This document shows, one piece after another, positions 41,591 to 49,515 of a stretch of 64,000 nt of DNA (position 1 is its first letter; every line of letters begins with the position of its first letter). The DNA lies in NCBI GenBank assembly GCA_045595945.1, contig JAZOBL010000011.1:852-64851 (forward strand). Reading direction: 5' to 3'. Source of the stretch: Faecousia sp. Lineage in GTDB: Bacteria > Bacillota > Clostridia > Oscillospirales > Oscillospiraceae. Position numbers and translations under genes: made by a program. The notes beneath the pieces were generated by a model. It saw nothing but the letters and a program-made list of their open reading frames with translations, had not been told where the DNA came from and did no database searches.

Positions 41591-42715
41591 TTACTTAGTT
41601 ACCCAGTTTCCTGTGGCAAGGCAGTTAAGGTAGGCATTGATGAAGGGATCCAGCGCGCCGTCCATAACCCCGTTCACATTGGAGGTCTCGCAACCGGTGC
41701 GAGTGTCCTTGACCAAGGTGTAGGGCATAAACACATAGTTGCGGATCTGGCTGCCCCACTCGATCTTCTTCTGCACGCCCTTAATGTCGGAGATCTTCTC
41801 CAGATGCTCCCGTTCCCGGATCTCCACCAGCTTAGAGCGCAGCATCCGCAGACAGGTCTCCTTGTTCTGGAACTGGCTTCGCTCGGTCTGGCAGGAGACT
41901 ACGATACCGGACTTATGGATCAGTCGCACAGCAGAGCTTGTCTTGTTGATGTGCTGACCGCCGGCACCGGAGGAGCGGAACACCTGCATTTCATAATCCT
42001 CTGCCTTGATTTCAAAGTCCTCGCTGTCATCCTCGATCTCAGGAATCACCTCGATGGCGGAAAAAGAGGTCTGACGGCGGGCATTGGCATCAAAGGGAGA
42101 TACACGGACAAGCCGGTGGACGCCGTTCTCGCCTTTCAAAAATCCGTAGGCATTTTCACCTTCAATGAGGATATCGGCAGACTTCAGACCGGCCTCCTCG
42201 CCCTCTTGATAGTCCATGATCTTATAGGTGAAGCCGTGTCGCTCTGCCCAGCGGGTGTACATCCGGTAGAGCATCTGACACCAGTCCTGAGCCTCCGTGC
42301 CGCCAGCGCCAGCCTGGAAGCTGACAAGGGCATTGTTGCGGTCATAGTTGCCGGTGAGCAGGGTCTGCAGGCGGCAGCTTTCCATATCCTCGGTGAGCTT
42401 CTGGAAGCCTTCCTTAAGCTCCGGCAGCATGGAGTCGTCGTCCTCTTCGGCTGCCATCTCACAGATGGTCATTAAGTCATCCCAGGCACTGTTCATCTGC
42501 CGATACTTTTCCAGCTTGTTTTCACAGGATTTGGTCTTCATAACGATCTGCTGGCTCTTATCCGGGTTGTCCCAAAAGCCGGGAGCCTCCTGCATGGCAT
42601 GGAGCCGCTCCAGCTCATTTTGCAGACCCTCAATATTCAGGGAATCCGCCAGCCCTTCCAGCGCCGGACGAATCTCGTTCAGTTTTTGTCTGTAGGTATC
42701 AAATTCGATATTCAT
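41591..42715 (-). CDS. prfB: Peptide chain release factor 2 (continuous ORF)
   Basis: SPF motif, GGQ, WGSQIRNYV. Confidence 0.97.
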   Translation of the reverse strand: MNIEFDTYRQKLNEIRPALEGLADSLNIEGLQNELERLHAMQEAPGFWDNPDKSQQIVMKTKSCENKLEKYRQMNSAWDDLMTICEMAAEEDDDSMLPELKEGFQKLTEDMESCRLQTLLTGNYDRNNALVSFQAGAGGTEAQDWCQMLYRMYTRWAERHGFTYKIMDYQEGEEAGLKSADILIEGENAYGFLKGENGVHRLVRVSPFDANARRQTSFSAIEVIPEIEDDSEDFEIKAEDYEMQVFRSSGAGGQHINKTSSAVRLIHKSGIVVSCQTERSQFQNKETCLRMLRSKLVEIREREHLEKISDIKGVQKKIEWGSQIRNYVFMPYTLVKDTRTGCETSNVNGVMDGALDPFINAYLNCLATGNWVTK

Positions 42716-42835
42716 GGGCTTTCTACACTCATTTCCTTATAATTGGACATTTGGGTTATTATACCCGAATTTTGCCATGCTGTAAAGGGTCAAATTACGA
42801 AAATCAGCAAAAAACCAGGCTTTCGCCTGGCTACA

Positions 42836-42916
42836 TCATCTTTCGCTGGGTCTGCCGTCTTCTTCATCAAAAATCAGATCATCCAGATCTGCAAGTACAT
42901 TGTTGGTTTCTTTCAT
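42836..42916 (-). CDS. Putative 26-aa acidic small protein MKETNNVLADLDDLIFDEEDGRPSER
   Basis: AGAAAGGAGG RBS; terminator CCAGGC-GAAA-GCCTGG-T6 directly after stop. Confidence 0.5.
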   Translation of the reverse strand: MKETNNVLADLDDLIFDEEDGRPSER

Positions 42917-43024
42917 CACTTGGCCTCCTTTCTGTATCCAGTCTTGACAGTATATGTGAATTGCAGTTAAATTGCTGTTGAATTTTCTGTAAATTTCTTT
43001 TTTCATTTGTATCAGCAATTGCAG

Positions 43025-43053
43025 TTGACACCGTCCGTTTTTTTGAGTACAAT
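43025..43053 (+). promoter_or_regulatory. Sigma-A promoter for the tRNA locus
   Basis: TTGACA-17 bp-TACAAT. Confidence 0.85.
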
Positions 43054-43069
43054 GCATAGCGTACAATAT

Positions 43070-43111
43070 GCCCTGGTAGCTCAGTTGTATAGAGCGGCCG
43101 CCTCCTAAGCG
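43070..43111 (+). pseudogene. tRNA-Arg(CCT) 5'-half fragment 1
   Basis: GCCCTGGTAGCTCAGTTGTATAGAGCGGCCGCCTCCTAAGCG, then no T arm or 3' acceptor strand. Confidence 0.82.
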
Positions 43112-43162
43112 TGAGTAGGAGCATTTCTCAAATTTGTATAAACCACTGTATTTCTTGAATAT

Positions 43163-43202
43163 GCCCCCGTACCTCACCAGGATAGAGGGTCCGCCTCCTA
43201 AG
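43163..43202 (+). pseudogene. tRNA-Arg(CCT) 5'-half fragment 2
   Basis: GCCCCCGTACCTCACCAGGATAGAGGGTCCGCCTCCTAAG, truncated just after the anticodon loop. Confidence 0.8.
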
Positions 43203-43244
43203 AATCAGAAGAGGTTATTCCTTTTCGGCCAATTTCATAAATAT

Positions 43245-43321
43245 GCCCCCGTAGCTCACCTGGATAGAGCGTGCGCCTCCTAAGCGCAAGGTAGTGAGTC
43301 CGAGTCTCGCCGGGGGTGCCA
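43245..43321 (+). tRNA. tRNA-Arg(CCT)
   Basis: 77-nt cloverleaf: GCCCCCG/CGGGGGT, D arm GCTC/GAGC, TGCGC-CTCCTAA-GCGCA, T stem GTGAG/CTCGC, encoded CCA. Confidence 0.9.
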
Positions 43322-43356
43322 AACACCGTGATTTCACCGTAAATCACGGTGTTTTC
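43321..43356 (+). terminator. Terminator after tRNA
   Basis: AAACACCGTGATTT/AAATCACGGTGTTTT. Confidence 0.82.
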
Positions 43357-43450
43357 ATAACTATTTGTCCCATTATTAAATTGTTATCTCTTGTCCACTT
43401 GGCAGCCCCAGCTCTTACGGGCTGCCAAATGGATTCGAACACTTTTTAAG

Positions 43451-43483
43451 ATTTTTGCTAACAAAATCGCATTTTTGCTAACA
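43451..43483. repeat. Direct repeat ATTTTTGCTAACA x2, putative integrase arm-type sites
   Basis: Exact 13-mers at 43451 and 43471 between tRNA and integrase. Confidence 0.65.
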
Positions 43484-43505
43484 GACGGTTTTGAACGGTT
43501 TGGAA

Positions 43506-44900
43506 TTATCCGGACACATTTGCATTCGTAAGCCCGTTAAGGAGGGCCAACAGTGCCGGATTTTGCTGCAGCTGAACCAGCAGCTGCACGATATCCATAC
43601 CTGGCTGTTGTACGGGTTGCGTGCGGAATGACTGCTCCAACCCACGCAGATCAGCTCTGGAATAGAAGCCTGCCTCAAAGCGCTGGGCATTGACCTTGCG
43701 GTCCTCATCCAGAATGTGGGCGTAAACCTCGGTGACCATATCAGGCTGTGCGTGGCCCGTATCGCCCTGTGTTGCCTTGATGTCTCCGTGGTTCAGCTTC
43801 AGCTTATAAGTCGTGCTGGAGTGCCTGAGGGAGTGGAAAACCACATCCGGAAGGTTTGCGTTCCTTTTCAGTCGGTTGAAGGCATTGCCGATTACCCGAT
43901 CCTCGCAGGGACGGCCGTTGTCGAGGGTGAGAACTAGATTGTAATCATAGTAGGCATCCCCTAAGTAAGCCTTTGCCTTGTCCTGGCTTTCCTTCCAGGC
44001 TCTCAGCAGTCTGGCAAGGGTCACCGGGATCCACACCTTTCGGATACTGGATTCGGTCTTCGGCTTCTTCAGTACCAGCCGGGTCTTGGACTTGCCGTTA
44101 ACAACAGCCGGGAAAGTAAAGAATATGTCATTCTCTCCCAATGCATCAACTGCACCCTCATCTACACGGGCCAACACCTTCTCAACCTTGAGGTAGGCAT
44201 TGCCGTTCATGATCGCCGCATCCGAAATATCCAGGCAGTCCCAGGTAAGCCCACAGATCTCCCCAAAGCGGAGAGAACACGCAAAGGCAAGATGGATTGC
44301 TAAGTACAACCGATCGTCCTCGCAGGCATCCAGTGCCCTACGAATGGTCTCCGCATCCCAGATTGCTCTCTTCCTCTGCTCCCGCTTAGGCAGGGTTGCC
44401 CCAATAAAGGGATTTCTGCCAACCATACCCCAGCGGATCGCCTGCCCAAAAGCACAGCGCATCAGCTTGCAGATCTTCTCGATGGTACAAGGTGTGACGA
44501 ACTCCGTTTTTGCCCTTCTTCCATTGCAGTCCACCGCTTTGGTTTTCTGCAATGTGGCAATGAACTTGTCCACCACCCGGGCATCCACATCCTGAACATT
44601 TACCTCACCCAAAACGGGGTTGATATAATTACGGATCAGTCCCGAATTGGAGGTGTACATAGACAGCCCCCACTTCCGCTTGCCATACATATCCACAAAA
44701 TCAACGAGAAAATCCTTGATCTTTATGCTGGCTGGCGGAATGAATGTACCGGTGTCGATCTCATGCTCGACCTCGCTTTTACGTTTTTGGGCTTCCTTCT
44801 TGGTCTTAAACGACTCCCATTTTTGCTGGGAATTACCGTTCGCGTCATCATAGCGAAAAACTACATAGAAATTTTTTCCTCGCTTAACAATTGTCGCCAT
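43506..44900 (-). CDS. Tyrosine recombinase/integrase
   Basis: N-terminal arm-binding domain; LRFGEICGLTW (R), PKTESS (K), FHSLRHS (HxxR), GHAQ...EVYAH (H, Y). Confidence 0.95.
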   Translation of the reverse strand: MATIVKRGKNFYVVFRYDDANGNSQQKWESFKTKKEAQKRKSEVEHEIDTGTFIPPASIKIKDFLVDFVDMYGKRKWGLSMYTSNSGLIRNYINPVLGEVNVQDVDARVVDKFIATLQKTKAVDCNGRRAKTEFVTPCTIEKICKLMRCAFGQAIRWGMVGRNPFIGATLPKREQRKRAIWDAETIRRALDACEDDRLYLAIHLAFACSLRFGEICGLTWDCLDISDAAIMNGNAYLKVEKVLARVDEGAVDALGENDIFFTFPAVVNGKSKTRLVLKKPKTESSIRKVWIPVTLARLLRAWKESQDKAKAYLGDAYYDYNLVLTLDNGRPCEDRVIGNAFNRLKRNANLPDVVFHSLRHSSTTYKLKLNHGDIKATQGDTGHAQPDMVTEVYAHILDEDRKVNAQRFEAGFYSRADLRGLEQSFRTQPVQQPGMDIVQLLVQLQQNPALLALLNGLTNANVSG

Positions 44901-44920
44901 AACACTACTCCTTTACATGA

Positions 44921-45118
44921 TTAGTTTCCTCGACCGTCTAACCATGCATCGAAGGGCTCCTTGGGAATCCGGATCAAACTACCGACTCGGATCACCGGGA
45001 AGTATTCCTTCTTGATAAGCTCGTATGCACCGGTACGGCTGATCCGCGCTAACTTCGCGATCTCCTCCACCGTGTATACCCGCTCATTCGCGACATTGTT
45101 TTCCTGCAACTTACTCAT
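44921..45118 (-). CDS. xis: Excisionase-like HTH protein
   Basis: YTVEEIAKLARISRTGAYELIK..FPVIRVGSLIRIPK; AAAGGAG RBS; directly upstream of integrase. Confidence 0.85.
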   Translation of the reverse strand: MSKLQENNVANERVYTVEEIAKLARISRTGAYELIKKEYFPVIRVGSLIRIPKEPFDAWLDGRGN

Positions 45119-45327
45119 AAAAACTCCTTTCTTCGGGCAAGCCACAGGTACATTAGTATTATAACATACCGTTCGACTCCCCGAAACTAAATTCTTTGTA
45201 AACTTTTTTCTTCATGGTATGATTTCTCTTTCAACTAGGATAAATATTCAATGAACTTGCCTATGGTTCTATTGTTTTTCCTAAAATTCATCACCTCAAC
45301 AATTACGCAGCACTAATAATCGAATAC

Positions 45328-45478
45328 AAAAACGCAGCAAGTCTTAACAGAACCTGCTGCGGAGAAATCACTGTATTCACCTGTTTTTGATTCGTGCCGA
45401 ATCGATAAAAGGCATCTGTGTATCTAATAATATCGATCCGTTTTTCCGGGTATCAAACAGGGCCGCTGCTTTATCTGT
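45328..45478 (-). ncRNA. Candidate sRNA unit 1
   Basis: Promoter P1 upstream; long stem CCTGTTT..ATCGATA/TATCGAT..AAACAGG; terminator 45328-45361. Confidence 0.45.
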
Positions 45479-45484
45479 AATTCC

Positions 45485-45513
45485 ATCCTATCACAGATTT
45501 ACCCGGATGTCAT
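45485..45513 (-). promoter_or_regulatory. Promoter P1
   Basis: ATGACA-17 bp (containing ATCTGTG)-TAGGAT. Confidence 0.5.
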
Positions 45514-45595
45514 CGGCATTTTCCTGCCAATTTCCTGCCAATTTTGTGCCACAATTCTGTCAAAATGTTGCCAAATTATTTTACCAGTTTTGCCA
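45514..45595. repeat. TGCCA-like pentamers phased at 11 bp
   Basis: 45525, 45536, 45547, 45558 (TGTCA), 45569, 45591; weak copy at 45514. Confidence 0.8.
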
Positions 45596-45596
45596 C

Positions 45597-45819
45597 AAAA
45601 ACAAGGACCGGGAGGATGGCTACAAGCTTTGCCTGCACGTCTGCAAACATCACTTCGGCGTAGCCAGCACTCCCGGGGCAATCGATTCGAAGACCTTCAC
45701 CGATTATGGACCGCTACTCCTTCTTTCGCTGGTCCGTACCGTTCCACTGTCACCCGACAGTGTCAAACGGTGGGCGCACTTCCACCGAGACGGTAGCCTG
45801 GGTGCTTGATCTTGCCTTA
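45597..45819 (-). ncRNA. Candidate structured RNA unit 2 (~220 nt, GC-rich)
   Basis: Promoter P2; several stems; long 3' hairpin followed by TTGTTTTT. Confidence 0.55.
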
Positions 45820-45824
45820 GTGAT

Positions 45825-45853
45825 ATTATAGCACAGATGTTCGACAAAGTCAA
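45825..45853 (-). promoter_or_regulatory. Promoter P2
   Basis: TTGACT-17 bp (containing ATCTGTG)-TATAAT with extended TG. Confidence 0.75.
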
Positions 45854-45956
45854 TTTAACTCCCGTTCCCAAATGAGTCTGGGAGAGAAATTGCAAAATAT
45901 TTTTTCAATTTTCAAGATACATTTGAAATTCAAACAATCAATGGGCATCAATCCTC

Positions 45957-46240
45957 TCTACATATAAAGATGCATTCAAAAACACGATTTGTTCCATTTT
46001 GGCGAAAATTTTTGAAAAAATTTTTCTATAACTATAAAAACGCTTACAAAACGATGTTGTCTTCCAACTTGGCGAATTTTTTCAAAATTTACCCTTCTAC
46101 TTATAAAGAGGCTTGTAAAAACGCATTTTCTATCACTTTCCCGATTTGTTTACAAAAAGTTCACAAACGGTCATGCTTCTTTCCGTTCTACTTATAAAAA
46201 TGCTTTAAAACTGCAAAATCTGCCACTTTGATAAAAAATC
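45957..46240. repeat. Four degenerate direct repeats, core TCTACWTATAAARA.GC...AAAA
   Basis: Cores at 45957, 46025, 46096, 46187. Confidence 0.65.
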
Positions 46241-46330
46241 CCCAAAATTTATCCATCAATTTTATTACACGATTCATCTGCCCAAAATGCAACTAAATAT
46301 GAAAAATATTTCTAACAATTTTCAAATATT

Positions 46331-46521
46331 AAAAGGTGCAGACCTTTCGTAGGCTGCACCTTACTTAAAAATGAGAATATTCGAATCCGAGATTGACTGG
46401 ATCTGTGTATGCATAGCCATATAGTACGTAAGATACTACGCAAGATAAGCATATATCCCGATCATCAGTGGTTGTATATACGAGAAAACTGGGGCTTCAG
46501 TACGAAGTCCCAGTTTTTCAT
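46331..46521 (-). ncRNA. Candidate sRNA unit 3
   Basis: Promoter P3; 5' hairpin AAAACTGGG..CCCAGTTTT; terminator AAGGTGCAG..CTGCACCTTTT at 46331-46362. Confidence 0.45.
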
Positions 46522-46527
46522 ATTAGG

Positions 46528-46594
46528 ATTATAACACAGATGTTCTGCCAAGTCATTGTCATTCTTCTGCCAATTTTATGCCACCATTTTGCCA
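46528..46594 (-). promoter_or_regulatory. Promoter P3 with 11-bp phased TGCCA array
   Basis: ATGACT-17 bp (ATCTGTG)-TATAAT; pentamers at 46546, 46557, 46568, 46579, 46590. Confidence 0.7.
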
Positions 46595-46686
46595 AACCAA
46601 CTACTATTTCATGTCCCAAAAGAATTACCCACCCGCCTAATCAGGCAGGCAGGCAACTTTAAATAAACTAACAGACAAACAGTCAA

Positions 46687-47280
46687 TCATTGAAAATGAT
46701 AGATGTTTTTCATTTCCTCTAATAGTAACAAAACATTTTTTTCGCTTGTCCTAATTTTGAGAACATCGTTCTCGTGATATATGCATACATAGTTTTCTTC
46801 GGAATTCTTTCTGCTTACTATCTCTGTTCTAATATCTCGAATACTCGCAGAGGGAATTACTGCCACATCTGTACCCTTCATATAGAAGACAAGTCGCTCA
46901 TTGAATCTCAGATCTCCACCTTTTGTGTAAGTACTCTTCTTCATCGCAGCGATCATTGTGCCAATCATATCTGCATCACCTATAGCATACACATTCTGCA
47001 ACATCTTCTTGTACTCAGTATCCTTAACAAAAGACACAAGGAACAGAAATGCGGATACAACAAAGATCAAGCCTAGCAAAAGTAGAAAGCAGGAAATAAG
47101 CCAGTTGGGAATCGGAATGCCGCTTCTTGATCCACGAATACCGATTCTCCATCCAGTTTCAGAGGAAAATCCATTTGAAATAGCGATCCAAGAAAATAGG
47201 GCGGCCAATAATAAAAATAAAATCGCACTACACAGATTTTTGATTTTTAATTTTGCTCTGAGTTTATTAAAAAAGTCCAT
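46687..47280 (-). CDS. Membrane protein, 2 TM plus soluble C-terminal domain (DUF6709-like)
   Basis: Hydrophobic pattern; GGGAG RBS; family assignment tentative. Confidence 0.6.
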   Translation of the reverse strand: MDFFNKLRAKLKIKNLCSAILFLLLAALFSWIAISNGFSSETGWRIGIRGSRSGIPIPNWLISCFLLLLGLIFVVSAFLFLVSFVKDTEYKKMLQNVYAIGDADMIGTMIAAMKKSTYTKGGDLRFNERLVFYMKGTDVAVIPSASIRDIRTEIVSRKNSEENYVCIYHENDVLKIRTSEKNVLLLLEEMKNIYHFQ

Positions 47281-47361
47281 AAAACAGTCTCCCATTGAGC
47301 TACAGCACGGCATATAAATATCTCCTAATCTTTAGCCTATGCCCTTAGCGTAAAAAACATT

Positions 47362-49452
47362 TCATTTTACTTTTGCATCTATTTCGGACGCAGAAATAAG
47401 TTTGCCGAGATCTTCATAATACTTAATCCCAAGGCCTCTCTCAACATTTGCAAAACCGCAATTTTCCACATTGAAAGCATACCCTTCCTCTGCTGAACAA
47501 TTACCAACAATGCCGCCAAGTTGATTGTCCCAAATCACTTCACCTCTATGATTTTTGTACTTATCTTCGGCAGGGACATTGAACATACCGTTGCTATAAC
47601 AGCCTGAAATCTTTATCAAGGCATCATTGGCATTCACGTTGGCACTATCACCTTGATCTGCAGAGGTAGACAAATATAAGGTCTCACCAATTCTTCCTAT
47701 AATACCGCCACACATTCTCGAAAGATTCATTGTTTTATCGCTATTGATTGTTTCTTCAGAGGGGGCCTTATCATCAACAGAAAGTGTGCCTGTATTTATA
47801 CAGTTTGTTATTTCAGAAGGGACTCCTTTAAGTCCGAAACCTCCAACAATTCCGCCAATGAAAGAATTACTGCTATAAGTGAAAATTTCACCTTTATTTA
47901 TGCAACTGTTGATTTTCAAAGATGCTTCATCAGAAACAGATAGCGTTCCGGTACTATTTATAAATCCAATAATACCACCGCCGCTTTCGGGCGTCGTGAT
48001 TTTTCCTGTGTTGGAACAACCATTCACAAGCAGTTTCGCACTTATATCACCAAATACATAAACACTACGAATGATTCCACCAGCGTATAATTCAGATGAT
48101 TGGATATCTCCGGAATTAACACACTCTGTAATGCTAACATTTCCGCTTGTGGGGGTTAGCTTGCATACAATGCCTGCAGATAAGCCATCAGACATCGCTG
48201 CTGTATTTGTACAGCCTGATATTGTAAGCTCTGCGCCACTGCAAGATGCATCTGCAACGATTCCAGCCTGACTGCTACCAGATACTATTTTTGCATTATT
48301 AATACAATTATTGATTCTAACGAAATAATCGCTTCCGCTATTGGACGCAGAGGCAACGATACCTGCCGCCATCATTCCGCTAAAAATATCACCATTGTTT
48401 TCACAATTACTAACAGATATATCTTTGTTGCTGTATTCATTGCCACCAATTTTGGAGCTATATAAGCAACCAACGATTCCACCCACTTTATTTCCAAAAG
48501 TGTCAATAGGCCTATCTTCTACAGCTTCGCCATTGTCACAATCGAGGATGCCATTATTTATGCAATGATCCACTTTTCCATCATCCAAACGACCAACGAT
48601 GCCACCAGCATAATCAATGGCAATAAGCCCAGAAGTGATGGTTCCATTGTTTATACAATTTGATATCGTACCAGAACTTTTTCCAGCAATTCCGCCTAAA
48701 TAATTGTATGTATAATCACGAAGTTCTTTAATTGCTCCGGAATAAGATGTTGTTTCAACTAGACCATAATTTGTTCCAACGATACCACCGCAAACAGCGT
48801 CATAACAGTCGATAATAGCATTAGACTTACAATTCGTGATGATACCTTCTTTGCCGTTGTCTCCAGCGATTGAACCAATATCTCTAGAAAGACCAGAAAT
48901 GCAAATATAAGAGTTTTCAATATTCACATTTTTGATTACGCCATCGTTATTGCCAAAAAGCCCATACTTATTTGTTGTTTGATCATCTCTGCAATCGGCA
49001 TTGATAAATAGTCCATTAATAGTATGGCCCCCGCCATCAAACACGCCTTCAAAGCTGTAATAATAGATACCAATAGGATTCCAAGAATACTCCGGTGCAG
49101 TACTTGCCCAAGTATCCGCATTACTGCCCTCGTTGATTGAAATATCGGCTGTAAGTTTATAGTATGCTTTTCGATAATCACTACCAACCTTAGAATTGTT
49201 TATCAACTCTGATAGATATGCTAATTCTTCTGCAGTTGATATCTGATACGGGTCTTCTTCCGTGCCGCTACCACCTGCAAATGTATCTGCAGCTTTGATG
49301 TATACAGGTTCAGCCAAATCCCGATACTCGTATTCATATGTTACCGGTTCAATAACATTTGAATTGTCTTTGTCGTTTTTGTTGCAACCCGCAAAGGAAA
49401 ACGCAAAAAGCGACACCAGCAAAAGCGAAGTTATTCTTCTAAATATTTTCAC
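47362..49452 (-). CDS. Lipoprotein with GLUG-like beta-helix repeats
   Basis: GTG start, lipobox FAGC; GSGTEEDPYQISTAEEL; repeated GGIVG...I.NC.N.G.I. Confidence 0.8.
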   Translation of the reverse strand: MKIFRRITSLLLVSLFAFSFAGCNKNDKDNSNVIEPVTYEYEYRDLAEPVYIKAADTFAGGSGTEEDPYQISTAEELAYLSELINNSKVGSDYRKAYYKLTADISINEGSNADTWASTAPEYSWNPIGIYYYSFEGVFDGGGHTINGLFINADCRDDQTTNKYGLFGNNDGVIKNVNIENSYICISGLSRDIGSIAGDNGKEGIITNCKSNAIIDCYDAVCGGIVGTNYGLVETTSYSGAIKELRDYTYNYLGGIAGKSSGTISNCINNGTITSGLIAIDYAGGIVGRLDDGKVDHCINNGILDCDNGEAVEDRPIDTFGNKVGGIVGCLYSSKIGGNEYSNKDISVSNCENNGDIFSGMMAAGIVASASNSGSDYFVRINNCINNAKIVSGSSQAGIVADASCSGAELTISGCTNTAAMSDGLSAGIVCKLTPTSGNVSITECVNSGDIQSSELYAGGIIRSVYVFGDISAKLLVNGCSNTGKITTPESGGGIIGFINSTGTLSVSDEASLKINSCINKGEIFTYSSNSFIGGIVGGFGLKGVPSEITNCINTGTLSVDDKAPSEETINSDKTMNLSRMCGGIIGRIGETLYLSTSADQGDSANVNANDALIKISGCYSNGMFNVPAEDKYKNHRGEVIWDNQLGGIVGNCSAEEGYAFNVENCGFANVERGLGIKYYEDLGKLISASEIDAKVK

Positions 49453-49515
49453 AACATTCCCTCCTAAAAGACCTATATCTGATAAATGTTCCAATCAAAA
49501 CACAGGACAAGTTAA

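Noticed and set aside
42836-43177. 113-aa and 81-aa minus-strand track ORFs
   Set aside because: They run antisense through tRNA fragments and the promoter; only the last 26 codons have RBS support
43070-43321. tRNA-like triplet as a CRISPR array or intron-split tRNA
   Set aside because: Units are diverged tRNA 5' halves with unequal spacing; no cas genes; spacers are far too short for a group I intron
45957-46240. Periodic repeats as a CRISPR array
   Set aside because: Copies are too degenerate, non-palindromic and irregularly spaced; no cas genes
45387-46662. Track ORFs in the xis-upstream region (45387-45809, 45590-45796, 45970-46197, 46468-46662) and an 18-codon leaderless ORF after P3
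   Set aside because: No RBS or recognisable domain; they cross promoters, repeats and hairpins. The short leaderless ORF cannot be fully excluded
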